Origin: Eledone cirrhosa | Lineage: Eukaryota | Reading direction: 5' to 3' | Assembly (NCBI GenBank): GCA_964016885.1 | Contig: OZ024741.1 | Coordinates: forward strand, 22,568,001 to 22,632,000 | Length of the DNA stretch: 64,000 nucleotides | Part shown: in pieces, positions 22,801 to 37,800 of the stretch | How positions within the stretch are numbered: the first letter of the stretch is position 1 | How the letters are laid out: each line of letters begins with the position of its first letter | The notes under the pieces: generated by a model | The model's input: only the letters and a program-made list of their open reading frames with translations | What the model was told of the DNA's origin: nothing | Database searches by the model: none | Translations under genes and position numbers: made by a program

Positions 22801-25800
22801 GTCCTACATATCCTTGGTAAGATGACAGTCTACTAGTGAATTTGTTGACCTACAGCAGTCCAACATATCCTTGGTAAGATGACAGTCTACTAGTGAAGTT
22901 GTTGACCTACAGCAGTCCTACATGTCCTTGGTAAGATGACAGTCTACTAGTGAAGTTGTTGACCTACAACAGTCCTACATATCCTTGGTAAGATGACAGT
23001 CTACTAGTGAAGTTGTTGACCTACAGCAGTCCTACAAATCCTTGGAAAGATGACAGTCTACTAGTGAAGTTGTTGACCTACAGCAGTCCTACATATCCTT
23101 GGTAAGATGACAGTCTACTAGTGAAGTTGACCTACAACAGTCCTACATGTCCTTGGTAAGATGACAGTCTACTAGTGAAGTTGTTGACCTACAACAGTCC
23201 TACATATCCTTGGTAAGATGACAGTCTACTAGTGAAGCTGTTGACCTACAACAGTCCTACATATACTTGGTAAGATGACAGTCTACTAGTTAAGTTGTTG
23301 ACCTACAACAGTCCTACATGTCCTTGGTAAGATGACAGTCTACTAGTGAAGTTGTTGACCTACAGCAGTCCTACATATCCTTGGTAAGATGACAGTCTAC
23401 TAGTGAAGCTGTTTACCTACAACAGTCTTACATGTCCTTGGTAAGATGACAGTCTACTAGTGAAGTTGTTGACCTACAGCAGTTCTACATGTCCTTGGTA
23501 AGATGACAGTCTACTAGTGAAGCTGTTGACCTACAACAGTCCTACATATCCTTGGTAAGATGACAGTCTACTGGTGAAGCTGTTGACCTACAACAGTCCT
23601 ACATGTCCTTGGTAAGATGACAGTCTACTAGTGAAGTTGTTGACCTACAACAGTCCTACATATCCTTGGTAAGATGACAGTCTACTAGTGAAGCTGTTGA
23701 CCTACAACAGTCCTACATATCCTTGGTAAGATGACAGTCCATTAGTGAAGTTGTTGACCTACAGTAGTCCTACATATCCTTGGTAAGATGACAGTCTACT
23801 AGTGAAGTTGTTGACCTACAACAGTCCTACATATCCTTGGTAAGATGACAGTCTACTAGTGAAGTTGTTGACCTACAACAGTCCTACATATCCTTGGTAA
23901 GATGAGAGTCTATTAGTGAAGTTGTTGACCTACAACAGTCCTACATATCCTTGGTAAGATGACAGTCTACTAGTGAAGTTGTTGACCTACAACAGTCCTA
24001 CATATCCTTGGTAAGATGACAGTCTACTAGTGAAGCTGTTGACCTACAACAGTCCTACATATCCTTGGTAAGATGACAGTCTACTAGTGAAGCTGTTGAC
24101 CTACAACAGTCCTACATATCCTTGGTAAGGTAACAGTCTACTAGTGAAGTTGTTGACCTACAGCAGTCCTACATATCCTTGATAAGATGACAGTCTACTA
24201 GTGAAGTTGTTGACCTACAGTAGTCCTACATATCCTTGGTAAGATGACAGTCTACTAGTGAATTTGTTGACCTACAGCAGTCCAACATATCCTTGGTAAG
24301 ATGACAGTCTACTAGTGAAGTTGTTGACCTACACCAGTCCTACATGTCCTTGGTAAGATGACAGTCTACTAGTGAAGTTGTTGACCTACAACAGTCCTAC
24401 ATATCCTTGGTAAGATGACAGTCTACTAGTGAAGTTGTTGACCTACAGCAGTCCTACAAATCCTTGGTAAGATGACAGTTTACTAGTGAAGTTGTTGACC
24501 TACAGCAGTCCTACATATCCTTGGTAAGATGACAGTCTACTAGTGAAGTTGACCTACAACAGTCCTACATGTCCTTGGTAAGATGACAGTCTACTAGTGA
24601 AGTTGTTGACCTACAGCAGTCCTACATGTCCTCGGTAAGATAACAGTCTACTAGTGAAGTTGTTGACCTACAACAGTCCTACATATCCTTGGTAAGATGA
24701 CAGTCTACTAGTAAATTTGTTGACCTACAGCAGTCCAACATATCCTTGGTAAGATGACAGTCTACTAGTGAAGTTGTTGACCTACAGTAGTCCTACATGT
24801 CCTTGGTAAGATGACAGTCTACTAGTGAAGTTGTTGACCTACAGCAGTCTTACATATCCTTGGTAAGATGACAGTATACTAGTGAAGTTGTTGACCTACA
24901 GCAGTCCCACATATCCTTGGTAAAATGACAGACTACTAGTGAAGTTGTTGACCTACAACAGTCCTACATATCCTTGGTAAGATGACAGTCTACTAGTGAA
25001 GTTGTTGACCTACAACAGTCCTACATATCCTTGGTAAGATGACAGTCTACTAGTGAAGTTGTTGACCTACAACAGTCCTACATATCCTTGGTAAGATGAC
25101 AGTCTACTAGTGAATTTGTTGACCTACAACAGTCCTACATATCCTTGGTAAGATGACAGTCTACTAGTGAAGCTATTGACCTACAACAGTCCTACATATC
25201 CTTGGTAAGATGACAGTCTACTAGTGAAGTTGTTGACCTACAACAGTCCTACATATCCTTGGTAAGATGACAGTCTACTAGTGAAGCCGTTGACCTACAA
25301 CAGTCCTACATATCCTTGGTAAGATGACAGTCTACTAGTGAAGCTGTTGACCTACAACAGTCCTACATATCCTTGGTAAGGTAACAGTCTACTAGTGAAG
25401 TTGTTGACCTACAGCAGTCCAACATATCCTTGGTAAGATGACAGTCTACTAGTGAAGTTGTTGACCTACAGCAGTGCTACATGTCCTTGGTAAGATGACA
25501 GTCTACTAGTGAAGTTGTTGACCTACAACAGTCCTACATATCCTTGGTAAGATGACAGTCTACTAGTGAAGTTGTTGACCTACAGCAGTCCTACAAATCC
25601 TTGGAAAGATGACAGTCTACTAGTGAAGTTGTTGACCTACAGCAGTCCTACATATCCTTGGTAAGATGACAGTCTACTAGTGAAGTTGACCTACAACAGT
25701 CCTACATGTCCTTGGTAAGATGACAGTCTACTAGTGAAGTTGTTGACCTACAACAGTCCTACATATCCTTGGTAAGAAGACAGTCTACTAGTGAAGCTGT

Positions 25801-28800
25801 TGACCTACAACAGTCCTACATATACTTGGTAAGATGACAGTCTACTAGTTAAGTTGTTGACCTACAACAGTCCTACATGTCCTTGGTAAGATGACAGTCT
25901 ACTAGTGAAGTTATTGACCTACAGCAGTCCTACATATCCTTGGTAAGATGACAGTCTACTAGTGAAGCTGTTTACCTACAACAGTCTTACATGTCCTTGG
26001 TAAGATGACAGTCTACTAGTGAAGTTGTTGACCTACAGCAGTCCTACATGTCCTTGGTAAGATGACAGTCTACTAGTGAAGCTGTTGACCTACAACAGTC
26101 CTACATATCCTTGGTAAGATGACAGTCTACTGGTGAAGCTGTTGACCTACAACAGTCCTACATGTCCTTGGTAAGATGACATTCTACTAGTGAAGTTGTT
26201 GACCTACAACAGTCCTACATATCCTTGGTAAGATGACAGTCTACTAGTGAAGCTGTTGACCTACAACAGTCCTACATATCCTTGGTAAGATGACAGTCCA
26301 TTAGTGAAGTTGTTGACCTACAGTAGTCCTACATATCCTTGGTAAGATGACAGTCTACTAGTGAAGTTGTTGACCTACAACAGTCCTACATATCCTTGGT
26401 AAGATGACAGTCTACTAGTGAAGTTGTTGACCTACAACAGTCCTACATATCCTTGGTAAGATGAGAGTCTATTAGTGAAGTTGTTGACCTACAACAGTCC
26501 TACATATCCTTGGTAAGATGACAGTCTACTAGTGAAGTTGTTGACCTACAACAGTCCTACATATCCTTGGTAAGATGACAGTCTACTAGTGAAGCTGTTG
26601 ACCTACAACAGTCCTACATATCCTTGGTAAGATGACAGTCTACTAGTGAAGCTGTTGACCTACAACAGTCCTACATATCCTTGGTAAGGTAACAGTCTAC
26701 TAGTGAAGTTGTTGACCTACAGCAGTCCTACATATCCTTGATAAGATGACAGTCTACTAGTGAAGTTGTTGACCTACAGTAGTCCTACATATCCTTGGTA
26801 AGATGACAGTCTACTAGTGAATTTGTTGACCTACAGCAGTCCAACATATCCTTGGTAAGATGACAGTCTACTAGTGAAGTTGTTGACCTACAGCAGTCCT
26901 ACATGTCCTTGGTAAGATGACAGTCTACTAGTGAAGTTGTTGACCTACAACAGTCCTACATATCCTTGGTAAGATGACAGTCTACTAGTGAAGTTGTTGA
27001 CCTACAGCAGTCCTACAAATCCTTGGAAAGATGACAGTCTACTAGTGAAGTTGTTGACCTACAGCAGGCCTACATATCCTTGGTAAGATGACAGTCTACT
27101 AGTGAAGTTGACCTACAACAGTTCTACATGTCCTTGGTAAGATGACAGTCTACTAGTGAAGTTGTTGACCTACAACAGTCCTACATATCCTTGGTAAGAT
27201 GACAGTCTACTAGTGAAGCTGTTGACCTACAACAGTCCTACATATACTTGGTAAGATGACAGTCTACTAGTTAAGTTGTTGACCTACAACAGTCCTACAT
27301 GTCCTTGGTAAGATGACAGTCTACTAGTGAAGTTGTTGACCTACAGCAGTCCTACATATCCTTGGTAAGATGACAGTCTACTAGTGAAGCTGTTTACCTA
27401 CAACAGTCTTACATGTCCTTGGTAAGATGACAGTCTACTAGTGAAGTTGTTGACCTACAACAGTCCTACATATCCTTGGTAAGATGACAGTCTACTAGTG
27501 AAGCTGTTGACCTACAACAGTCCTACATATCCTTGGTAAGATGACAGTCCATTAGTGAAGTTGTTGACCTACAGTAGTCCTACATATCCTTGGTAAGATG
27601 ACAGTCTACTAGTGAAGTTGTTGACCTACAACAGTCCTACATATCCTTGGTAAGATGACAGTCTACTAGTGAAGTTGTTGACCTACAACAGTCCTACATA
27701 TCCTTGGTAAGATGAGAGTCTATTAGTGAAGTTGTTGACCTACAACAGTCCTACATATCCTTGGTAAGATGACAGTCTACTAGTGAAGTTGTTGACCTAC
27801 AACAGTCCTACATATCCTTGGTAAGATGACAGTCTACTAGTGAAGTTGTTGACCTACAACAGTCCTACATATCCTTGGTAAGATGACAGTCTACTAGTGA
27901 ATTTGTTGACCTACAACAGTCCTACATATCCTTGGTAAGATGACAGTCTACTAGTGAAGCTATTGACCTACAACAGTCCTACATATCCTTGGTAAGATGA
28001 CAGTCTACTAGTGAAGTTGTTGACCTACAACAGTCCTACATATCCTTGGTAAGATGACAGTCTACTAGTGAAGCCGTTGACCTACAACAGTCCTACATAT
28101 CCTTGGTAAGATGACAGTCTACTAGTGAAGCTGTTGACCTACAACAGTCCTACATATCCTTGGTAAGGTAACAGTCTACTAGTGAAGTTGTTGACCTACA
28201 GCAGTCCAACATATCCTTGGTAAGATGACAGTCTACTAGTGAAGTTGTTGACCTACAGCAGTGCTACATGTCCTTGGTAAGATGACAGTCTACTAGTGAA
28301 GTTGTTGACCTACAACAGTCCTACATATCCTTGGTAAGATGACAGTCTACTAGTGAAGTTGTTGACCTACAGCAGTCCTACAAATCCTTGGAAAGATGAC
28401 AGTCTACTAGTGAAGTTGTTGACCTACAGCAGTCCTACATATCCTTGGTAAGATGACAGTCTACTAGTGAAGTTGACCTACAACAGTCCTACATGTCCTT
28501 GGTAAGATGACAGTCTACTAGTGAAGTTGTTGACCTACAACAGTCCTACATATCCTTGGTAAGAAGACAGTCTACTAGTGAAGCTGTTGACCTACAACAG
28601 TCCTACATATACTTGGTAAGATGACAGTCTACTAGTTAAGTTGTTGACCTACAACAGTCCTACATGTCCTTGGTAAGATGACAGTCTACTAGTGAAGTTA
28701 TTGACCTACAGCAGTCCTACATATCCTTGGTAAGATGACAGTCTACTAGTGAAGCTGTTTACCTACAACAGTCTTACATGTCCTTGGTAAGATGACAGTC

Positions 28801-31800
28801 TACTAGTGAAGTTGTTGACCTACAGCAGTCCTACATGTCCTTGGTAAGATGACAGTCTACTAGTGAAGCTGTTGACCTACAACAGTCCTACATATCCTTG
28901 GTAAGATGACAGTCTACTGGTGAAGCTGTTGACCTACAACAGTCCTACATGTCCTTGGTAAGATGACATTCTACTAGTGAAGTTGTTGACCTACAACAGT
29001 CCTACATATCCTTGGTAAGATGACAGTCTACTAGTGAAGCTGTTGACCTACAACAGTCCTACATATCCTTGGTAAGATGACAGTCCATTAGTGAAGTTGT
29101 TGACCTACAGTAGTCCTACATATCCTTGGTAAGATGACAGTCTACTAGTGAAGTTGTTGACCTACAACAGTCCTACATATCCTTGGTAAGATGACAGTCT
29201 ACTAGTGAAGTTGTTGACCTACAACAGTCCTACATATCCTTGGTAAGATGAGAGTCTATTAGTGAAGTTGTTGACCTACAACAGTCCTACATATCCTTGG
29301 TAAGATGACAGTCTACTAGTGAAGTTGTTGACCTACAACAGTCCTACATATCCTTGGTAAGATGACAGTCTACTAGTGAAGCTGTTGACCTACAACAGTC
29401 CTACATATCCTTGGTAAGATGACAGTCTACTAGTGAAGCTGTTGACCTACAACAGTCCTACATATCCTTGGTAAGGTAACAGTCTACTAGTGAAGTTGTT
29501 GACCTACAGCAGTCCTACATATCCTTGATAAGATGACAGTCTACTAGTGAAGTTGTTGACCTACAGTAGTCCTACATATCCTTGGTAAGATGACAGTCTA
29601 CTAGTGAATTTGTTGACCTACAGCAGTCCAACATATCCTTGGTAAGATGACAGTCTACTAGTGAAGTTGTTGACCTACAGCAGTCCTACATGTCCTTGGT
29701 AAGATGACAGTCTACTAGTGAAGTTGTTGACCTACAACAGTCCTACATATCCTTGGTAAGATGACAGTCTACTAGTGAAGTTGTTGACCTACAGCAGTCC
29801 TACAAATCCTTGGAAAGATGACAGTCTACTAGTGAAGTTGTTGACCTACAGCAGGCCTACATATCCTTGGTAAGATGACAGTCTACTAGTGAAGTTGACC
29901 TACAACAGTTCTACATGTCCTTGGTAAGATGACAGTCTACTAGTGAAGTTGTTGACCTACAACAGTCCTACATATCCTTGGTAAGATGACAGTCTACTAG
30001 TGAAGCTGTTGACCTACAACAGTCCTACATATACTTGGTAAGATGACAGTCTACTAGTTAAGTTGTTGACCTACAACAGTCCTACATGTCCTTGGTAAGA
30101 TGACAGTCTACTAGTGAAGTTGTTGACCTACAGCAGTCCTACATATCCTTGGTAAGATGACAGTCTACTAGTGAAGCTGTTTACCTACAACAGTCTTACA
30201 TGTCCTTGGTAAGATGACAGTCTACTAGTGAAGTTGTTGACCTACAACAGTCCTACATATCCTTGGTAAGATGACAGTCTACTAGTGAAGCTGTTGACCT
30301 ACAACAGTCCTACATATCCTTGGTAAGATGACAGTCCATTAGTGAAGTTGTTGACCTACAGTAGTCCTACATATCCTTGGTAAGATGACAGTCTACTAGT
30401 GAAGTTGTTGACCTACAACAGTCCTACATATCCTTGGTAAGATGACAGTCTACTAGTGAAGTTGTTGACCTACAACAGTCCTACATATCCTTGGTAAGAT
30501 GAGAGTCTATTAGTGAAGTTGTTGACCTACAACAGTCCTACATATCCTTGGTAAGATGACAGTCTACTAGTGAAGTTGTTGACCTACAACAGTCCTACAT
30601 ATCCTTGGTAAGATGACAGTCTACTAGTGAAGCTGTTGACCTACAACAGTCCTACATATCCTTGGTAAGATGACAGTCTACTAGTGAAGCTGTTGACCTA
30701 CAACAGTCCTACATATCCTTGGTAAGGTAACAGTCTACTAGTGAAGTTGTTGACCTACAGCAGTCCTACATATCCTTGATAAGATGACAGTCTACTAGTG
30801 AAGTTGTTGACCTACAGTAGTCCTACATATCCTTGGTAAGATGACAGTCTACTAGTGAATTTGTTGACCTACAGCAGTCCAACATATCCTTGGTAAGATG
30901 ACAGTCTACTAGTGAAGTTGTTGACCTACACCAGTCCTACATGTCCTTGGTAAGATGACAGTCTACTAGTGAAGTTGTTGACCTACAACAGTCCTACATA
31001 TCCTTGGTAAGATGACAGTCTACTAGTGAAGTTGTTGACCTACAGCAGTCCTACAAATCCTTGGTAAGATGACAGTTTACTAGTGAAGTTGTTGACCTAC
31101 AGCAGTCCTACATATCCTTGGTAAGATGACAGTCTACTAGTGAAGTTGACCTACAACAGTCCTACATGTCCTTGGTAAGATGACAGTCTACTAGTGAAGT
31201 TGTTGACCTACAGCAGTCCTACATGTCCTCGGTAAGATAACAGTCTACTAGTGAAGTTGTTGACCTACAACAGTCCTACATATCCTTGGTAAGATGACAG
31301 TCTACTAGTAAATTTGTTGACCTACAGCAGTCCAACATATCCTTGGTAAGATGACAGTCTACTAGTGAAGTTGTTGACCTACAGTAGTCCTACATGTCCT
31401 TGGTAAGATGACAGTCTACTAGTGAAGTTGTTGACCTACAGCAGTCCTACATGTCCTCGGTAAGATAACAGTCTACTAGTGAAGTTGTTGACCTACAACA
31501 GTCCTACATATCCTTGGTAAGATGACAGTCTACTAGTAAATTTGTTGACCTACAGCAGTCCCACATATCCTTGGTAAAATGACAGACTACTAGTGAAGTT
31601 GTTGACCTACAACAGTCCTACATATCCTTGGTAAGATGACAGTCTACTAGTGAAGTTGTTGACCTACAACAGTCCTACATATCCTTGGTAAGATGACAGT
31701 CTACTAGTGAAGTTGTTGACCTACAACAGTCCTACATATCCTTGGTAAGATGACAGTCTACTAGTGAATTTGTTGACCTACAACAGTCCTACATATCCTT

Positions 31801-34800
31801 GGTAAGATGACAGTCTACTAGTGAAGCTATTGACCTACAACAGTCCTACATATCCTTGGTAAGATGACAGTCTACTAGTGAAGTTGTTGACCTACAACAG
31901 TCCTACATATCCTTGGTAAGATGACAGTCTACTAGTGAAGCCGTTGACCTACAACAGTCCTACATATCCTTGGTAAGATGACAGTCTACTAGTGAAGCTG
32001 TTGACCTACAACAGTCCTACATATCCTTGGTAAGGTAACAGTCTACTAGTGAAGTTGTTGACCTACAGCAGTCCAACATATCCTTGGTAAGATGACAGTC
32101 TACTAGTGAAGTTGTTGACCTACAGCAGTGCTACATGTCCTTGGTAAGATGACAGTCTACTAGTGAAGTTGTTGACCTACAACAGTCCTACATATCCTTG
32201 GTAAGATGACAGTCTACTAGTGAAGTTGTTGACCTACAGCAGTCCTACAAATCCTTGGAAAGATGACAGTCTACTAGTGAAGTTGTTGACCTACAGCAGT
32301 CCTACATATCCTTGGTAAGATGACAGTCTACTAGTGAAGTTGACCTACAACAGTCCTACATGTCCTTGGTAAGATGACAGTCTACTAGTGAAGTTGTTGA
32401 CCTACAACAGTCCTACATATCCTTGGTAAGAAGACAGTCTACTAGTGAAGCTGTTGACCTACAACAGTCCTACATATACTTGGTAAGATGACAGTCTACT
32501 AGTTAAGTTGTTGACCTACAACAGTCCTACATGTCCTTGGTAAGATGACAGTCTACTAGTGAAGTTATTGACCTACAGCAGTCCTACATATCCTTGGTAA
32601 GATGACAGTCTACTAGTGAAGCTGTTTACCTACAACAGTCTTACATGTCCTTGGTAAGATGACAGTCTACTAGTGAAGTTGTTGACCTACAGCAGTCCTA
32701 CATGTCCTTGGTAAGATGACAGTCTACTAGTGAAGCTGTTGACCTACAACAGTCCTACATATCCTTGGTAAGATGACAGTCTACTGGTGAAGCTGTTGAC
32801 CTACAACAGTCCTACATGTCCTTGGTAAGATGACATTCTACTAGTGAAGTTGTTGACCTACAACAGTCCTACATATCCTTGGTAAGATGACAGTCTACTA
32901 GTGAAGCTGTTGACCTACAACAGTCCTACATATCCTTGGTAAGATGACAGTCCATTAGTGAAGTTGTTGACCTACAGTAGTCCTACATATCCTTGGTAAG
33001 ATGACAGTCTACTAGTGAAGTTGTTGACCTACAACAGTCCTACATATCCTTGGTAAGATGACAGTCTACTAGTGAAGTTGTTGACCTACAACAGTCCTAC
33101 ATATCCTTGGTAAGATGAGAGTCTATTAGTGAAGTTGTTGACCTACAACAGTCCTACATATCCTTGGTAAGATGACAGTCTACTAGTGAAGTTGTTGACC
33201 TACAACAGTCCTACATATCCTTGGTAAGATGACAGTCTACTAGTGAAGCTGTTGACCTACAACAGTCCTACATATCCTTGGTAAGATGACAGTCTACTAG
33301 TGAAGCTGTTGACCTACAACAGTCCTACATATCCTTGGTAAGGTAACAGTCTACTAGTGAAGTTGTTGACCTACAGCAGTCCTACATATCCTTGATAAGA
33401 TGACAGTCTACTAGTGAAGTTGTTGACCTACAGTAGTCCTACATATCCTTGGTAAGATGACAGTCTACTAGTGAATTTGTTGACCTACAGCAGTCCAACA
33501 TATCCTTGGTAAGATGACAGTCTACTAGTGAAGTTGTTGACCTACAGCAGTCCTACATGTCCTTGGTAAGATGACAGTCTACTAGTGAAGTTGTTGACCT
33601 ACAACAGTCCTACATATCCTTGGTAAGATGACAGTCTACTAGTGAAGTTGTTGACCTACAGCAGTCCTACAAATCCTTGGAAAGATGACAGTCTACTAGT
33701 GAAGTTGTTGACCTACAGCAGGCCTACATATCCTTGGTAAGATGACAGTCTACTAGTGAAGTTGACCTACAACAGTTCTACATGTCCTTGGTAAGATGAC
33801 AGTCTACTAGTGAAGTTGTTGACCTACAACAGTCCTACATATCCTTGGTAAGATGACAGTCTACTAGTGAAGCTGTTGACCTACAACAGTCCTACATATA
33901 CTTGGTAAGATGACAGTCTACTAGTTAAGTTGTTGACCTACAACAGTCCTACATGTCCTTGGTAAGATGACAGTCTACTAGTGAAGTTGTTGACCTACAG
34001 CAGTCCTACATATCCTTGGTAAGATGACAGTCTACTAGTGAAGCTGTTTACCTACAACAGTCTTACATGTCCTTGGTAAGATGACAGTCTACTAGTGAAG
34101 TTGTTGACCTACAGCAGTCCTACATGTCCTTGGTAAGATGACAGTCTACTAGTGAAGCTGTTGACCTACAACAGTCCTACATATCCTTGGTAAGATGACA
34201 GTCTACTGGTGAAGCTGTTGACCTACAACAGTCCTACATGTCCTTGGTAAGATGACAGTCTACTAGTGAAGTTGTTGACCTACAACAGTCCTACATATCC
34301 TTGGTAAGATGACAGTCTACTAGTGAAGCTGTTGACCTACAACAGTCCTACATATCCTTGGTAAGATGACAGTCCATTAGTGAAGTTGTTGACCTACAGT
34401 AGTCCTACATATCCTTGGTAAGATGACAGTCTACTAGTGAAGTTGTTGACCTACAACAGTCCTACATATCCTTGGTAAGATGACAGTCTACTAGTGAAGT
34501 TGTTGACCTACAACAGTCCTACATATCCTTGGTAAGATGAGAGTCTATTAGTGAAGTTGTTGACCTACAACAGTCCTACTTATCCTTGGTAAGATGACAG
34601 TCTACTAGTGAAGTTGTTGACCTACAACAGTCCTACATATCCTTGGTAAGATGACAGTCTACTAGTGAAGCTGTTGACCTACAACAGTCCTACATATCCT
34701 TGGTAAGATGACAGTCTACTAGTGAAGCTGTTGACCTACAACAGTCCTACATATCCTTGGTAAGGTAACAGTCTACTAGTGAAGTTGTTGACCTACAGCA

Positions 34801-37800
34801 GTCCTACATATCCTTGATAAGATGACAGTCTACTAGTGAAGTTGTTGACCTACAGTAGTCCTACATATCCTTGGTAAGATGACAGTCTACTAGTGAATTT
34901 GTTGACCTACAGCAGTCCAACATATCCTTGGTAAGATGACAGTCTACTAGTGAAGTTGTTGACCTACAGCAGTCCTACATGTCCTTGGTAAGATGACAGT
35001 CTACTAGTGAAATTGTTGACCTACAACAGTCCTACATATCCTTGGTAAGATGACAGTCTACTAGTGAAGTTGTTGACCTACAGCAGTCCTACAAATCCTT
35101 GGTAAGATGACAGTTTACTAGTGAAGTTGTTGACCTACAGCAGTCCTACATATCCTTGGTAAGATGACAGTCTACTAGTGAAGTTGACCTACAACAGTCC
35201 TACATGTCCTTGGTAAGATGACAGTCTACTAGTGAAGTTGTTGACCTACAGCAGTCCTACATGTCCTCGGTAAGATAACAGTCTACTAGTGAAGTTGTTG
35301 ACCTACAACAGCCCTACATATCCTTGGTAAGATGACAGTCTACTAGTAAATTTGTTGACCTACAGCAGTCCAACATATCCTTGGTAAGATGACAGTCTAC
35401 TAGTGAAGTTGTTGACCTACAGTAGTCCTACATGTCCTTGGTAAGATGACAGTCTACTAGTGAAGTTGTTGACCTACAGCAGTCTTACATATCCTTGGTA
35501 AGAGGACAGTATACTAGTGAAGTTGTTGACCTACAGCAGTCCCACATATCCTTGGTAAAATGACAGACTACTAGTGAAGTTGTTGACCTACAACAGTCCT
35601 ACATATCCTTGGTAAGATGACAGTCTACTAGTGAAGTTGTTGACCTACAACAGTCCTACATATCCTTGGTAAGATGACAGTCTACTAGTGAAGTTGTTGA
35701 CCTACAACAGTCCTACATATCCTTGGTAAGATGACAGTCTACTAGTGAATTTGTTGACCTACAGCAGTCCAACATATCCTTGGTAATATGACAGTCTACT
35801 AGTGAAGTTGTTGACCTACAGCAGTCCTACATGTCCTTGGTAAGATGACAGTCTACTAGTGAAGTTGTTGACCTACAACAGTCCTACATATCCTTGGTAA
35901 GATGACAGTCTACTAGTGAAGTTGTTGACCTACAGCAGTCCTACAAATCCTTGGTAAGATGACGGTCTACTAGTGAAGTTGTTGACCTACGGCAGTCCTA
36001 CATATCCTTGGTAAGATGACAGTCTACTAGTGAAGTTGACCTACAACAGTCCTACATGTCCTTGGTAAGATGACAGTCTACTAGTGAAGTTGTTGACCTA
36101 CAACAGTCCTACATATCCTTGGTAAGATGACAGTCTACGAGTGAAGCTGTTGACCTACAACAGTCCTACATATACTTGGTAAGATGACAGTCTACTAGTG
36201 AAGTTGTTGACCTACAACAGTCCTACATGTCCTTGGTAAGATGACAGTCTACTAGTGAAGTTGTTGACCTACAGCAGTCCTACATATCCTTGGTAAGATG
36301 ACAGTCTACTAGTGAAGCTGTTTACCTACAACAGTCTTACATGTCCTTGGTAAGATGACAGTCTACTAGTGAAGCTGTTGACCTACAGCAGTCCTACATA
36401 TCCTTGGTAAGATGACAGTCTACTAGTGAAGCTGTTGACCTACAAGAGTCCTACATATCCTTGGTAAGATGACAGTCTACTAGTGAAGTTGTTGACCTAC
36501 AGCAGTCCTACATGTCCTTGGTAATATGACAGTCTACTAGTGAAGCTGTTGACCTACAAGAGTCCTACATATCCTTGGTAAGATGACAGTCTACTAGTGA
36601 AGCTGTTTTCCTACAACAGTCCTACATGTCCTTGGTAAGATGACAGTCTACTAGTGAAGTTGTTGACCTACAACAGTCCTACATATCCTTGGTAAGATGA
36701 CAGTCTACTAGTGAAGCTGTTGATCTACAACAGTCCTACATATCCTTGGTAAGATGACAGTCTACTAGTGAAGTTGTTGACCTACAACGGTCCTACATAT
36801 ACTTGGTAAGATGACAGTCTACTAGTGAAGTTGTTGACCTACAACAGTCCTACATATCCTTGTTAAGATGACAGTCTACTAGTGAAGTTGTTGACCTACA
36901 ACGGTCCTACATATCCTTGGTAAGATGACAGTCTACTAGTGAAGTTGTTGACCTACAACAGTCCTACATATCCTTGGTAAGATGACAGTCTACTAGTGAA
37001 GTTGTTGACCTACAACAGTCCTACATATCCTTGGTAAGATGACAGTCTCCTAGTGAAGTTGTTGACCTACAACAGTCCTACATATCCTTGGTAAGATGAC
37101 AGTCTACTAGTGAAGTTGTTGACCTACAACAGTCCTACATATCCTTGGTAAGATGACAGTCTACTAGTGAAGCTGTTGACCTACAACAGTCCTACATATC
37201 CTTTGTAAGATGACAGTCTACTAGTGACGCTGTTGACCTACAAGAGTCCTACATATCTTTGGGAAGATGACAGTCTACTAGTGAAGCTGTTGACCTACAA
37301 CAGTCCTACATATCCTTGGTAAGATAACAGTCTACTAGTGAATTTGTTGACCTACAGCAGTCCAACATATCCTTGGTAAGATGACAGTCTACTAGTGAAG
37401 TTGTTGACCTACAACAGTCCTACATATCCTTGGTAAGATGACAGTCTACTAGTGAAGTTGTTGACCTACAACAGTCCTACATGTCCTTGGTAAGATGACA
37501 GTCTACTAGTGAAGTTGTTGACCTACAGCAGTCCTACATGTCCTTGGTAAGATGACAGTCTACTAGTGAAGCTGTTGACCTACAACAGTCCTACATATCC
37601 TTGGTAAGATGACAGTCTACTGGTGAAGCTGTTGACCTACAACAGTCCTACATGTCCTTGGTAAGATGACAGTCTACTAGTGAAGTTGTTGACCTACAAC
37701 AGTCCTACATATCCTTGGTAAGATGACAGTCTACTAGTGAAGCTGTTGACCTACAACAGTCCTACATATCCTTGGTAAGATGACAGTCCATTAGTGAAGT

